28,392 nt of DNA from an uncultured Aminicenantes bacterium (GTDB taxonomy: Bacteria; Acidobacteriota; Aminicenantia; UBA2199), in contig CBDAFS010000010.1 of NCBI GenBank assembly GCA_965195285.1, positions 1-28,392 on the forward strand, in the 5' to 3' direction. Both the position numbers and the translations under genes were made by a program. Under the pieces are notes generated by a model. That model searched no databases, was not told the DNA's origin, and worked only from the letters and a program-made list of their open reading frames with translations. Below are positions 17,143-24,864 of this stretch, piece by piece. How positions within the stretch are numbered: the stretch's first letter is position 1; the number at the start of each line of letters is the position of its first letter.

Positions 17143-18528
17143 ATGAAAAAAGGACGAGGAATTTTCGGTCGCTTTGGATTCATTTTAGCTGCTACCGGTT
17201 CGGCAATAGGCCTGGGAAATCTTTGGAAATTTCCCTATATAACATGGCACAATAATGGTGGGGCATTTGTGCTGGTCTATTTAGCCAGTATTGTTGTTAT
17301 TGGTTGGCCTATCATGATGGCTGAAATTCTGATTGGTCGGAAAACCCAGAAAAATCCTGTGCCTGCATTTGAGGAACTGGGTTCAAAAAAATGGAGTTCA
17401 GTTGGCTGGTTGGGTGTTATAACCGGCCTGGTTATTCTCGGTTATTATTGCGTAATTGCCGGGTGGACCATTACATCTTTTATAAAATGTTTGGGATGGA
17501 GTTTTTCAGGATATGTAAAACCAGCAGAGGGCGCTTTTGATAATTTCACCAGCAATGGACTGCTTCAACTCTCATTATCATTTACATTTATTGTGATAAC
17601 TGCCCTAATAATATGGAGAGGTGTAAAAAGAGGTATTGAGCGTACGACCAAGATTCTAATGCCCATACTCTTTGGAATTATAATTTATCTGGTAATAATG
17701 GTTTTTTCTTTACCGGGTATTGGTGAAACCTTTAGATTCTTATTTAGTGCAAACTTTGCGGATTTGCCCAGCACTGCAATACTTGAATCCGTGGGTCATG
17801 CTTTCTTCACGCTTTCACTGGGCATGGGGGCAATGATCACATACGGCTCTTATATGAGCCGCAAAGAATCAATAGCACGTAATGCTGCATTGGTGGTTTT
17901 TTTAGATACACTGATAGCAATAAGTGCCTGTATTATCATGTTCACTATTATTTTTTCTGTTCCTGATGTAAAAGAGAGTGTTTCCGCTAACCCAATAGGT
18001 ATGCTGTTTGTCACACTTCCCAATCTGTTGTATACTCAAATCCCATTTGGATCTACTTTAGCACCCATATTTTATATTCTGGTTGGATTTGCTGCTCTTT
18101 CCTCAACTATATCGTTACTGGAAGTTCTTGTCTCATTTCTTGTTGATAAATTGAAAATGGGCCGTCATAAGGCAACACTGGTGGCTACAGCCTCATCATA
18201 TGTTATTTCCATCTTTGCAGCGCTTTCGTTGGGTGCGTTGCCGTTTTTATCCAATCTAAATATATTTGGTGAAGGTAAAAATGGGGTGCTGAACACCCTT
18301 GATCATCTGGCATCCAACTGGATGCTTCCTGTTGGAGGGCTGTTTATTACTATTTTTGTCGGCTGGTTCATGGATAAAAAGATCTGTCAGGATGAGATCA
18401 GGTTGTATAAACCTGATGGCAGTCCTAAATTAACCTATAAATTCTTTCGTTTTTTTATAAAATTTATTGCGCCTCTGGCAATTCTGGCAGTTATCATAGC
18501 GGTTATTCTTGGAAAGGACTTCAGTTGA
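17143..18528 (+). CDS. Sodium-dependent transporter, neurotransmitter:sodium symporter (NSS/LeuT) family
   Basis: GSAIGLGNLWKFPY, GGAFVLVY, AFFTLSLGMGAMITYGSY, AALSSTISLLE; about 11 TM helices. Confidence 0.93.
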   Translation: MKKGRGIFGRFGFILAATGSAIGLGNLWKFPYITWHNNGGAFVLVYLASIVVIGWPIMMAEILIGRKTQKNPVPAFEELGSKKWSSVGWLGVITGLVILGYYCVIAGWTITSFIKCLGWSFSGYVKPAEGAFDNFTSNGLLQLSLSFTFIVITALIIWRGVKRGIERTTKILMPILFGIIIYLVIMVFSLPGIGETFRFLFSANFADLPSTAILESVGHAFFTLSLGMGAMITYGSYMSRKESIARNAALVVFLDTLIAISACIIMFTIIFSVPDVKESVSANPIGMLFVTLPNLLYTQIPFGSTLAPIFYILVGFAALSSTISLLEVLVSFLVDKLKMGRHKATLVATASSYVISIFAALSLGALPFLSNLNIFGEGKNGVLNTLDHLASNWMLPVGGLFITIFVGWFMDKKICQDEIRLYKPDGSPKLTYKFFRFFIKFIAPLAILAVIIAVILGKDFS

Positions 18529-19159
18529 AATAGGGACAGTCCAAATTCACCGGGCACTTTCCGCAGTCCGGATTCCGGGGTTTGCAAATCGTTTGTCCGA
18601 ATCCGACAAGGGTTTTATTCAACTTTTTCCAGAGGTGAACCGGAAACAACTCTTTCAGCTCACCCTCTACCGTTTCCGGAGTGTTTCCGCCAGCCCAGCC
18701 CAGTCGCCTGGATATCCTGAATACATGGGTGTCCACGGCCACGGCCGGCCGGTCAAAGGCTAAGGCCAGAACCAGGTTGGCGGTTTTCCGGCCCACACCC
18801 GGAAGCCTGACCAGTTCTTTAAATCCTGACGGCACCCCCCCCCTTTCCGGTATGGCCAGGCAGATCTTCAGGATGTTGGCGGCCTTCTGCCGGTAAAATC
18901 CCACCGGGTAAATCAGGCGGCTGATTTTATCCGCTCCCAGTTTCAGCATCTTTTCCGGGGAATCCGCAGCTCCGAATAATGCCTTGGAAGCTTTCAGGGT
19001 CACCCCGTCCTTGGTCCGGGAACTGAGGAGAACGGAGATCAGTATCCTGAAGGGGGTGGTTCGGATGCTGTTTTCAAAGGCATTGACCGGGGGTTGCAGA
19101 TCCCGAATATGATTCTCGATGATTTGCAGCAGTTTCTCAGGACTTGATTTTTTCTTCAT
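18521..19159 (-). CDS. nth: Endonuclease III (HhH-GPD DNA glycosylase, 4Fe-4S)
   Basis: LPGVGRKTANLVL, VDTHVFR, C-X6-C-X2-C-X5-C (CKPRNPDCGKCPVNLDC). Confidence 0.95.
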   Translation of the reverse strand: MKKKSSPEKLLQIIENHIRDLQPPVNAFENSIRTTPFRILISVLLSSRTKDGVTLKASKALFGAADSPEKMLKLGADKISRLIYPVGFYRQKAANILKICLAIPERGGVPSGFKELVRLPGVGRKTANLVLALAFDRPAVAVDTHVFRISRRLGWAGGNTPETVEGELKELFPVHLWKKLNKTLVGFGQTICKPRNPDCGKCPVNLDCPYFN

Positions 19160-19562
19160 TAACCAGGATTTCGGTCTTAATGTTGACCGAGGACACCAGA
19201 GTGGCCGACACCCCGCAGTATTTTTCCTGGGACAGGGTTATGGCTTTTCTCAATTTGTCAACGGGCAGGTCTTTTCCCCGGAAGCGGTAGCGCAGCACAA
19301 TTTCAACAAACCTTCGGGGATGCTCCCGGGCCAGGCTGGCATCGGCTTCCACTTCAAAGGCATCCACATCCACCTTCATTTTTTTCAGTATGGACATCAC
19401 ATCCATCCCGGTGCAGCCGGCCAGGGACACCAGGGTCAACCCTTTGGGTTTGGGACCCTTTTCCTGGCCGCCCACTGATTTATCGGCATCAATCACAAAA
19501 CGGAACCCATCCAATTCCGCCTCAAATGACAGACCCTCCTGCCAGGTGATTTTTGATTTCAT
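19137..19562 (-). CDS. OsmC/Ohr family (YhfA-like) protein
   Basis: GPKPK..L.SLAGCTGMDV and KYCGVSATL two-Cys motifs; RBS GGAGG; overlaps the nth start by 23 nt (operon). Confidence 0.9.
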   Translation of the reverse strand: MKSKITWQEGLSFEAELDGFRFVIDADKSVGGQEKGPKPKGLTLVSLAGCTGMDVMSILKKMKVDVDAFEVEADASLAREHPRRFVEIVLRYRFRGKDLPVDKLRKAITLSQEKYCGVSATLVSSVNIKTEILVNEEKIKS

Positions 19563-19611
19563 TTAACCTCCTGAATCTGAAAAAACAACGGATATGATTT
19601 CATGATTTGAC

Positions 19612-19640
19612 ATTATAAGAACTTCTTCAACTTTTTTCAA
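19612..19640 (-). promoter_or_regulatory. sigma70 promoter for OsmC-nth operon
   Basis: On the minus strand: TTGAAA (19640-19635), 17 nt, TATAAT (19617-19612). Confidence 0.75.
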
Positions 19641-19707
19641 CCAATAAAAAGTGGGTTCAATTTTTTTATACATTAATGCAAGGAGATATTGTTCATTCAT
19701 CACACTC

Positions 19708-20041
19708 GCTATAATAACAACCGTTTATGTCTCGTTCACCCGTCCGGTAATTGACCGGATCACGACTCGTCTCACTAAAAATGTCCAACTCAGCCTTCGG
19801 CCTCAGCCAGAGACATTTTTTCCAGAAGATGGGATCATTCGACTCGTTCTCACCGGTACCCAATTCCCTTCCTGAGGTTCACTCGATCATGAACGGTTGT
19901 TTATAGCAAGGAGCGGGCGGAGCAAACAATCTCCGTAACGGCTTCTGAAGCCAATTTCTCGAACATCGAAAATTGGCGGAAGGCTCCCGAAAATGAGAAC
20001 ATTTTCGGGTAAAGTGGAGGAGACTGTTTGCGCAAGCCCGC
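19708..20041. other. Highly structured intergenic element (candidate ncRNA or non-autonomous palindromic repeat)
   Basis: Two multibranched domains closed by long inverted repeats (19708-19729 with 19888-19907; 19913-19934 with 20019-20041) and at least 5 internal hairpins. Confidence 0.6.
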
Positions 20042-20227
20042 CATTAATTGACGGAATTAAATCGGATATATCCAGAAAAAAAGGAGTTCTGTCATTTATA
20101 TATCAAAATAAATAAATGTTCATTAATTCGTCCATGCAAACTATGTAGAGGAATGGTGAACGAACAACATATCCTTGCATTATCTCTTCTGGGCATGATA
20201 TGATTGGATCGGGGACGGTAACGTACC

Positions 20228-21394
20228 ATGAAGCTGAGCAAGGCAAAAATCATTGATATCCTAAAAATCACCGAGGATATCAACCATATCAAGGACATCG
20301 ATTCGTTACTGGACCGGGTCCTGACCGAGGCCCGCCATTTCACAGGAGCGGATGCCGGCTCCATTTACCTGGTCAGGGGAAATAAATTGTCCTTTGAATA
20401 TGTCCATAATGAAACCCTGGAAAAAGAGGATGCCTCCAGCAACCGCCATATATATCAAAAAAAGGAAATGGACATTGATCCGCACTCCCTAGCCGGTTAT
20501 GTGGCCCTGACAAAGCTGCCCCTGGCCATCGATGATGCCTACCGAATCGGCAAAGGCCTCCCCTATTCCTTTAATAAGTCCTTTGACCTGCAGTCGGATT
20601 ACCATACCGGTTCCATCCTGACCGTGCCCCTGGTCACCAGCCGGGACCATATCACCGGGGTGATGCAGATCATCAATCCCACCGATAAATCGGGCTCTCC
20701 CGTCACCTTCAGCCAGGATCATCAGCTGCTGGTCTCCTACCTGGCTTTTCATGCGGCTGTGGCCATTGAAAAGGCCATGATGACCCGGGAAATGATCCTG
20801 AGGATGATTAAGATGGCCGAGCTCCGGGACTCCAAGGAAACCGGGCCACATGTCAACCGGGTGGGCGCCTACAGCATTGAGATTTATCATCGCTGGGCCC
20901 TGTCCCGTCAGATCCCTCTGGACAAAATTAAAAAAACCAAAGACATTCTGCGTATTGCCGCCATGCTCCATGACATCGGTAAAATCGGGGTCACCGATGC
21001 CATACTGAAAAAAAAAGAAGAGTTGTCCGAAGCCGATTGGGAGCAGGTCAAGAGGCATGCCGAATACGGGTTCCGCCTGTTTGAGGACACCAGTTCGGAA
21101 TGGGAAGACATGGCGGCTGAAGTGGCCCTGTGCCACCACGAGAGATGGGATGGCCGGGGATACCCCCGGCAGATAAAGGGAGATAAAATTCCCATCACCG
21201 CGCGGATCGTGGCCCTGGCCGATGTGTATGACGCACTGGTGTCCAAGCGCAGTTACAAGGATTCCTGGGATGAGCAAAAAATACTGGAATTCATCCGGCA
21301 GGAACGGGGCAAGCATTTTGACCCGGGAGTGGCGGATGCCTTTTTATCTATCATTGACATCATCAAGGCCATCCAGGGAAAATACCCCATATGA
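20228..21394 (+). CDS. GAF + HD-GYP domain cyclic-dinucleotide phosphodiesterase
   Basis: GAF (ADAGSIYL...SILTVPL...GVMQIIN); ETGPHVNRV, LHDIGKIG, HHERWDGRGYP, ARIVALADVYDAL. Confidence 0.93.
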   Translation: MKLSKAKIIDILKITEDINHIKDIDSLLDRVLTEARHFTGADAGSIYLVRGNKLSFEYVHNETLEKEDASSNRHIYQKKEMDIDPHSLAGYVALTKLPLAIDDAYRIGKGLPYSFNKSFDLQSDYHTGSILTVPLVTSRDHITGVMQIINPTDKSGSPVTFSQDHQLLVSYLAFHAAVAIEKAMMTREMILRMIKMAELRDSKETGPHVNRVGAYSIEIYHRWALSRQIPLDKIKKTKDILRIAAMLHDIGKIGVTDAILKKKEELSEADWEQVKRHAEYGFRLFEDTSSEWEDMAAEVALCHHERWDGRGYPRQIKGDKIPITARIVALADVYDALVSKRSYKDSWDEQKILEFIRQERGKHFDPGVADAFLSIIDIIKAIQGKYPI

Positions 21395-21470
21395 ATTTGC
21401 CTTAATAACCTGAATAAATACCCGAAGTCATATCAAATCCATTTGGATTAACTTTTGGTGATTTCAGGCA

Positions 21471-21499
21471 TTGAAATTTTTTTTCCGGAATTGTATATT
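21471..21499 (+). promoter_or_regulatory. Possible sigma70 promoter for the kinase/sigma54-regulator pair
   Basis: TTGAAA (21471-21476), 17 nt, TATATT (21494-21499). Confidence 0.5.
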
Positions 21500-21593
21500 T
21501 AAGAGGGGGTAAAATTAAATCACATATGAAAAAAATGAAAGCAGATTTATGATGTCAATTATTCAAGAACGCCAGGGGGACTGATCCCGGAAA

Positions 21594-22598
21594 ATGACAA
21601 AAACAGAAAACTCAGGCCAATTAAAAAAATATGCCGAAGACCTGCAAAAGGTTGCCAAATCTGAAAAAGAAAAACGGACGGAACTGGATGCGGCCAATAA
21701 GCAGTTAAGAGCCTATGCCGAGGCCCTGAATGAAACCGTCCGCAGGTTAAAAAAGACCAACAAAAAACTAAAAAATCAGGTTGAGTTTGAAGAACGAGAA
21801 AAACTGTTGCAACAGAAGCTCATTCACACAAATAAAATGACCTCCCTGGGAAGCCTGGCCTCGGGGATCGCTCACGAGATCAATAATCCGGTTACTTTTA
21901 TTATGGGAAATTGCCAGATACTCCTGGATATGTGGACGGATATGGAGAAAATATTCCAGAAGTATTCCGAAGATCATGGGAATTTTATAATGGGGGGAAT
22001 ACCCTTTACCGAAATCAAAGAAATGGTCCCCAAAGTACTTACCAATAATATCGAAGGTGCCAGAAGGATCAGTCAGATTATCGGTAACTTAAAAGATTTT
22101 AACCTGCCTAAAAGCCGCCTATCCCCTGAGAAAATCAATATCAATGAAGTCATAGATTATGCAATCACCATCCTGAACAGCCAAATTAAAAAAAGAACAA
22201 CTGCCTTCAGTATAAATCTGGACAATAATCTTCCCCTGACAACAGGAAGCAGCCGTGAGATAGAACAGGTCATCATCAACATTATTCAGAATGCCCTCCA
22301 GGCTTTACCAAAAAAAACATCTGCCATTAAAGTTTCATCCGCATTTCTTAAAAAATCGGGTGTTCTCCAGATAAAAGTTGAAGATGAGGGTATGGGTATG
22401 GGAAAAAAGACTTTAGCTCGAATTTATGAACCATTTTATACTACCCGGGAAAAAAGTGGAGGTACCGGTCTGGGACTTTACATTTCCTATGCCATTGTAA
22501 AAAAACATCGGGGAAACCTGGAAATTATTTCTCAACCGGGGAAGGGAACAACGGTTACCTTAGAATTACCGGTTGAAAACCAAGGAGATAAGCCATGA
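21594..22598 (+). CDS. Cytoplasmic NtrB-type histidine kinase with only a coiled-coil N-terminus
   Basis: H-box GIAHEINNP, N-box QVIINIIQNA, DEGMG, EPFYTT, GTGLGL; no TM, PAS or GAF domain. Confidence 0.9.
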   Translation: MTKTENSGQLKKYAEDLQKVAKSEKEKRTELDAANKQLRAYAEALNETVRRLKKTNKKLKNQVEFEEREKLLQQKLIHTNKMTSLGSLASGIAHEINNPVTFIMGNCQILLDMWTDMEKIFQKYSEDHGNFIMGGIPFTEIKEMVPKVLTNNIEGARRISQIIGNLKDFNLPKSRLSPEKININEVIDYAITILNSQIKKRTTAFSINLDNNLPLTTGSSREIEQVIINIIQNALQALPKKTSAIKVSSAFLKKSGVLQIKVEDEGMGMGKKTLARIYEPFYTTREKSGGTGLGLYISYAIVKKHRGNLEIISQPGKGTTVTLELPVENQGDKP

Positions 22599-24037
22599 CA
22601 AATTCGGATCCCAAATTCCCTCCAATACTTTTAGTGGATGATGAAACCAGGGTATTACTCAGTTACAGCTACATGATAAAGAGTGCGGGGATAGAAAACA
22701 TTGTTACCCTGGACGATCCAAGGCTGGTCATGCCCTTTTTATCCGAAAATTCAGCGGCGGTAGTTGTGCTGGACCTCAACATGCCTTTTATAAGCGGAAA
22801 GGAACTTCTGGACCGAATCAAAAAGGAGTACCCGGAGATTCCGGTCATCGTTGCCACAGCCACCAACGAGGTGGACACTGCGGTTGATTGCATGCTGACC
22901 GGCGCCTGTGACTACCTGGTCAAACCCATTGAAAAAAACCGGCTGATCTCCAGTATCACCAGGGTGCTTGAACTCAGAGAACTCGAAAACGAGGTGTCGG
23001 CACTAAAAGACTCCCTGCTCTCTCAGGGATTGAAAAACGAAGATGCCTTTTCCCATTTTGTGACCTGCAGCAAATCCATGCTGTCCATATTCAAGTACAT
23101 TGAAGCCATCGCCGACTCCCCCTTCCCGGTACTCATCCTGGGTGAGACCGGGGTGGGCAAAGAACTGATTGCCCGGTCCATTCACCTTTCCAGTTCCGGA
23201 AGTAAAAATTTGGTGGTGGTAAACGTTTCCGGACTGGACAACCAGCTTTTTACCGACACGCTCTTCGGTCATAAAAAAGGTGCTTTTACCGGGGCTGCCT
23301 CGCATCGTGACGGCCTGATTGTCCAGGCTGAGGGAGGAACCCTGTTCCTGGATGAAATCGGAGACCTGGGTACGCCCTCCCAGGTGAAGCTTCTGAGGTT
23401 AATCCAGGAAAAGGAATATTATCCCCTGGGCTCAGATCTCCCTCAAAAAACAGACTGCCGCATTATTACCGCTACCAATCGGGATATCAAAGCACTGTTA
23501 AAAGAGGGTAAATTCAGGAAGGATCTGTACTACCGGTTTATGGCCCACCAGATTTATATACCGCCTCTGAGAGAAAGAAAAGATGATATCCCCCTGCTGG
23601 TCCGCCACTTCTTAGCTGAAGCAGCCAGATCCCTTCATAAAAAAGTACCCGCTTATCCCCCGGAGCTGATTACCCTTTTAAAAAGCTATGACTTTACGGG
23701 GAATGCCCGCGAACTTCAGGCCCTCATATACGATGCCATGTCCAGGTATGAATCCGGTATCCTTTCGTTAAAAAGTTTCAGGAAACTCATTGAACTTGAA
23801 AAAAATGAGAGACATGATGACTCGGCTGCCTCCGATGACACAACCCAAATCAGCCAATTCATAGACGGGTTTCCCACCCTGAAGCAGAGCGAAGAGTTCT
23901 TGATTGATAAGGCGCTCAAAATTTCAGAAGGGAACCAGGGTGTGGCAGCTTCGATGCTGGGAATTTCCCGGCAGGCGTTAAATAAAAGGCTTCAGCGCAG
24001 TAAACAAAATCTGAAGAACACAAAAGAAGGCACCTGA
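22595..24037 (+). CDS. sigma54-dependent response regulator (NtrC family: REC-AAA+-HTH)
   Basis: LLVDD...LDLNMP...K receiver; GETGVGKE; GAFTGA; LFLDEIG; Fis-type HTH (GNQGVAASMLGISRQAL). ATGA overlap with the kinase. Confidence 0.95.
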   Translation: MTNSDPKFPPILLVDDETRVLLSYSYMIKSAGIENIVTLDDPRLVMPFLSENSAAVVVLDLNMPFISGKELLDRIKKEYPEIPVIVATATNEVDTAVDCMLTGACDYLVKPIEKNRLISSITRVLELRELENEVSALKDSLLSQGLKNEDAFSHFVTCSKSMLSIFKYIEAIADSPFPVLILGETGVGKELIARSIHLSSSGSKNLVVVNVSGLDNQLFTDTLFGHKKGAFTGAASHRDGLIVQAEGGTLFLDEIGDLGTPSQVKLLRLIQEKEYYPLGSDLPQKTDCRIITATNRDIKALLKEGKFRKDLYYRFMAHQIYIPPLRERKDDIPLLVRHFLAEAARSLHKKVPAYPPELITLLKSYDFTGNARELQALIYDAMSRYESGILSLKSFRKLIELEKNERHDDSAASDDTTQISQFIDGFPTLKQSEEFLIDKALKISEGNQGVAASMLGISRQALNKRLQRSKQNLKNTKEGT

Positions 24038-24077
24038 ATTTAGTTCTCAAAATATTTTTCAGGATTTCTTAATGGGG

Positions 24078-24566
24078 TTAATGGTTTTGATGCATGCGGC
24101 TTTCCATTTCAGGAGTGATAAAATTCCTCAACTTCTTCATGCCATCCATTTTTTCAGCCTTAAATTGACCTATGACACGAATCAATTCATCTGTGGACTG
24201 TTCAACGATCTCATAGAATTTCGAAGCAATAAATCCTGATTCGATTCCTAAAGCCAGAACCACCGCTTCTTCCCGGGTGAACCTAATCGATCTGGCATTC
24301 CGTATGAGCTCCTGAAGGAAATCCAATCCGGTCAGAACGGTTTCAATGGTAAAACGCATCATATTATAGTGAAAGCTGCCCTCAGCAATTTTTCCGATAC
24401 AGGAACGCAACCAGTCTGCATACCTTACTTTGGGGACGGCAAGTTTCAGCCAGAAGTGTTTATCGGCGGGAAATTTTTTACTGTATAATGTATAAAGGTA
24501 AGCTAACATATCCTGGTATTCGGCCAAGGTTTCAATTTTTTGCTTCTGCCAGCCTGAAAAATTCAT
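24078..24566 (-). CDS. Ferritin/rubrerythrin-like four-helix protein with degenerate metal ligands
   Basis: Start at ATG 24566 after RBS AAGGAGG. The pattern LAYLY..YSKKFP...FW..LA......ADWL...AL.IE...I..KFYE resembles small rubrerythrin-like proteins. Confidence 0.6.
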   Translation of the reverse strand: MNFSGWQKQKIETLAEYQDMLAYLYTLYSKKFPADKHFWLKLAVPKVRYADWLRSCIGKIAEGSFHYNMMRFTIETVLTGLDFLQELIRNARSIRFTREEAVVLALGIESGFIASKFYEIVEQSTDELIRVIGQFKAEKMDGMKKLRNFITPEMESRMHQNH

Positions 24567-24602
24567 GTTGGCCTCCTTGTTTGGTTCATTACACAAACAT
24601 GA

Positions 24603-24618
24603 TGCAACTTGAATGCCA
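24603..24618 (-). promoter_or_regulatory. sigma54 (-24/-12) promoter
   Basis: Minus strand TGGCATTCAAGTTGCA = GG-N10-GC, matching TGGCAC-N5-TTGCW, 36 nt upstream of the ATG at 24566. Confidence 0.8.
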
Positions 24619-24692
24619 ATCATAATTAACAAAAATATCTTTTTATAATGCCTGTTTCAGATTAATTTGAAAAAATATTAAAAAAAAAAGGC

Positions 24693-24729
24693 TGCGATGA
24701 AAATTGACACAATGTCAACGAAAATTACA
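24693..24729. promoter_or_regulatory. Candidate enhancer (UAS) for a sigma54 activator
   Basis: Two tandem 17-bp TG...CA sites (TGCGATGAAAATTGACA, TGTCAACGAAAATTACA) with starts 20 bp apart. They contain the palindrome TTGACA-CAA-TGTCAA and lie 75-110 bp upstream of the sigma54 promoter. Confidence 0.5.
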
Positions 24730-24763
24730 GCGCTATTTGTTTTAGATTTGTTGTTAAAATTTA

Positions 24764-24792
24764 TTGATTTATTTTTGTGGTTACATTATTAT
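24764..24792 (+). promoter_or_regulatory. Possible sigma70 promoter for the PAS/kinase/receiver operon
   Basis: TTGATT (24764-24769), 17 nt, TATTAT (24787-24792). The AT-rich context lowers specificity. Confidence 0.45.
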
Positions 24793-24864
24793 ATTAATAT
24801 TTTACAAGAGTAACGAGGGTTTGGAAAAAGTATCTCTACTCAAAAGTATTAGGGGAAAGAAAAA

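Noticed and set aside
19651-19875. 74-aa ORF across the structured intergenic element
   Set aside because: GTG start with no RBS and no protein-like motif; the region is better explained by nucleic-acid structure.
19731-19887. Short repeats as a possible CRISPR array
   Set aside because: The repeats are only 10-14 nt, degenerate and irregularly spaced, and there are no cas genes in the window.
20489-21316. 275-aa antisense ORF over the HD-GYP gene
   Set aside because: A shadow frame of a GC-rich, motif-complete gene; it has no recognisable motifs of its own.
24567-24632. Longer start for the ferritin-like ORF
   Set aside because: It overlaps the sigma54 promoter, and the strong AAGGAGG RBS points to ATG 24566.
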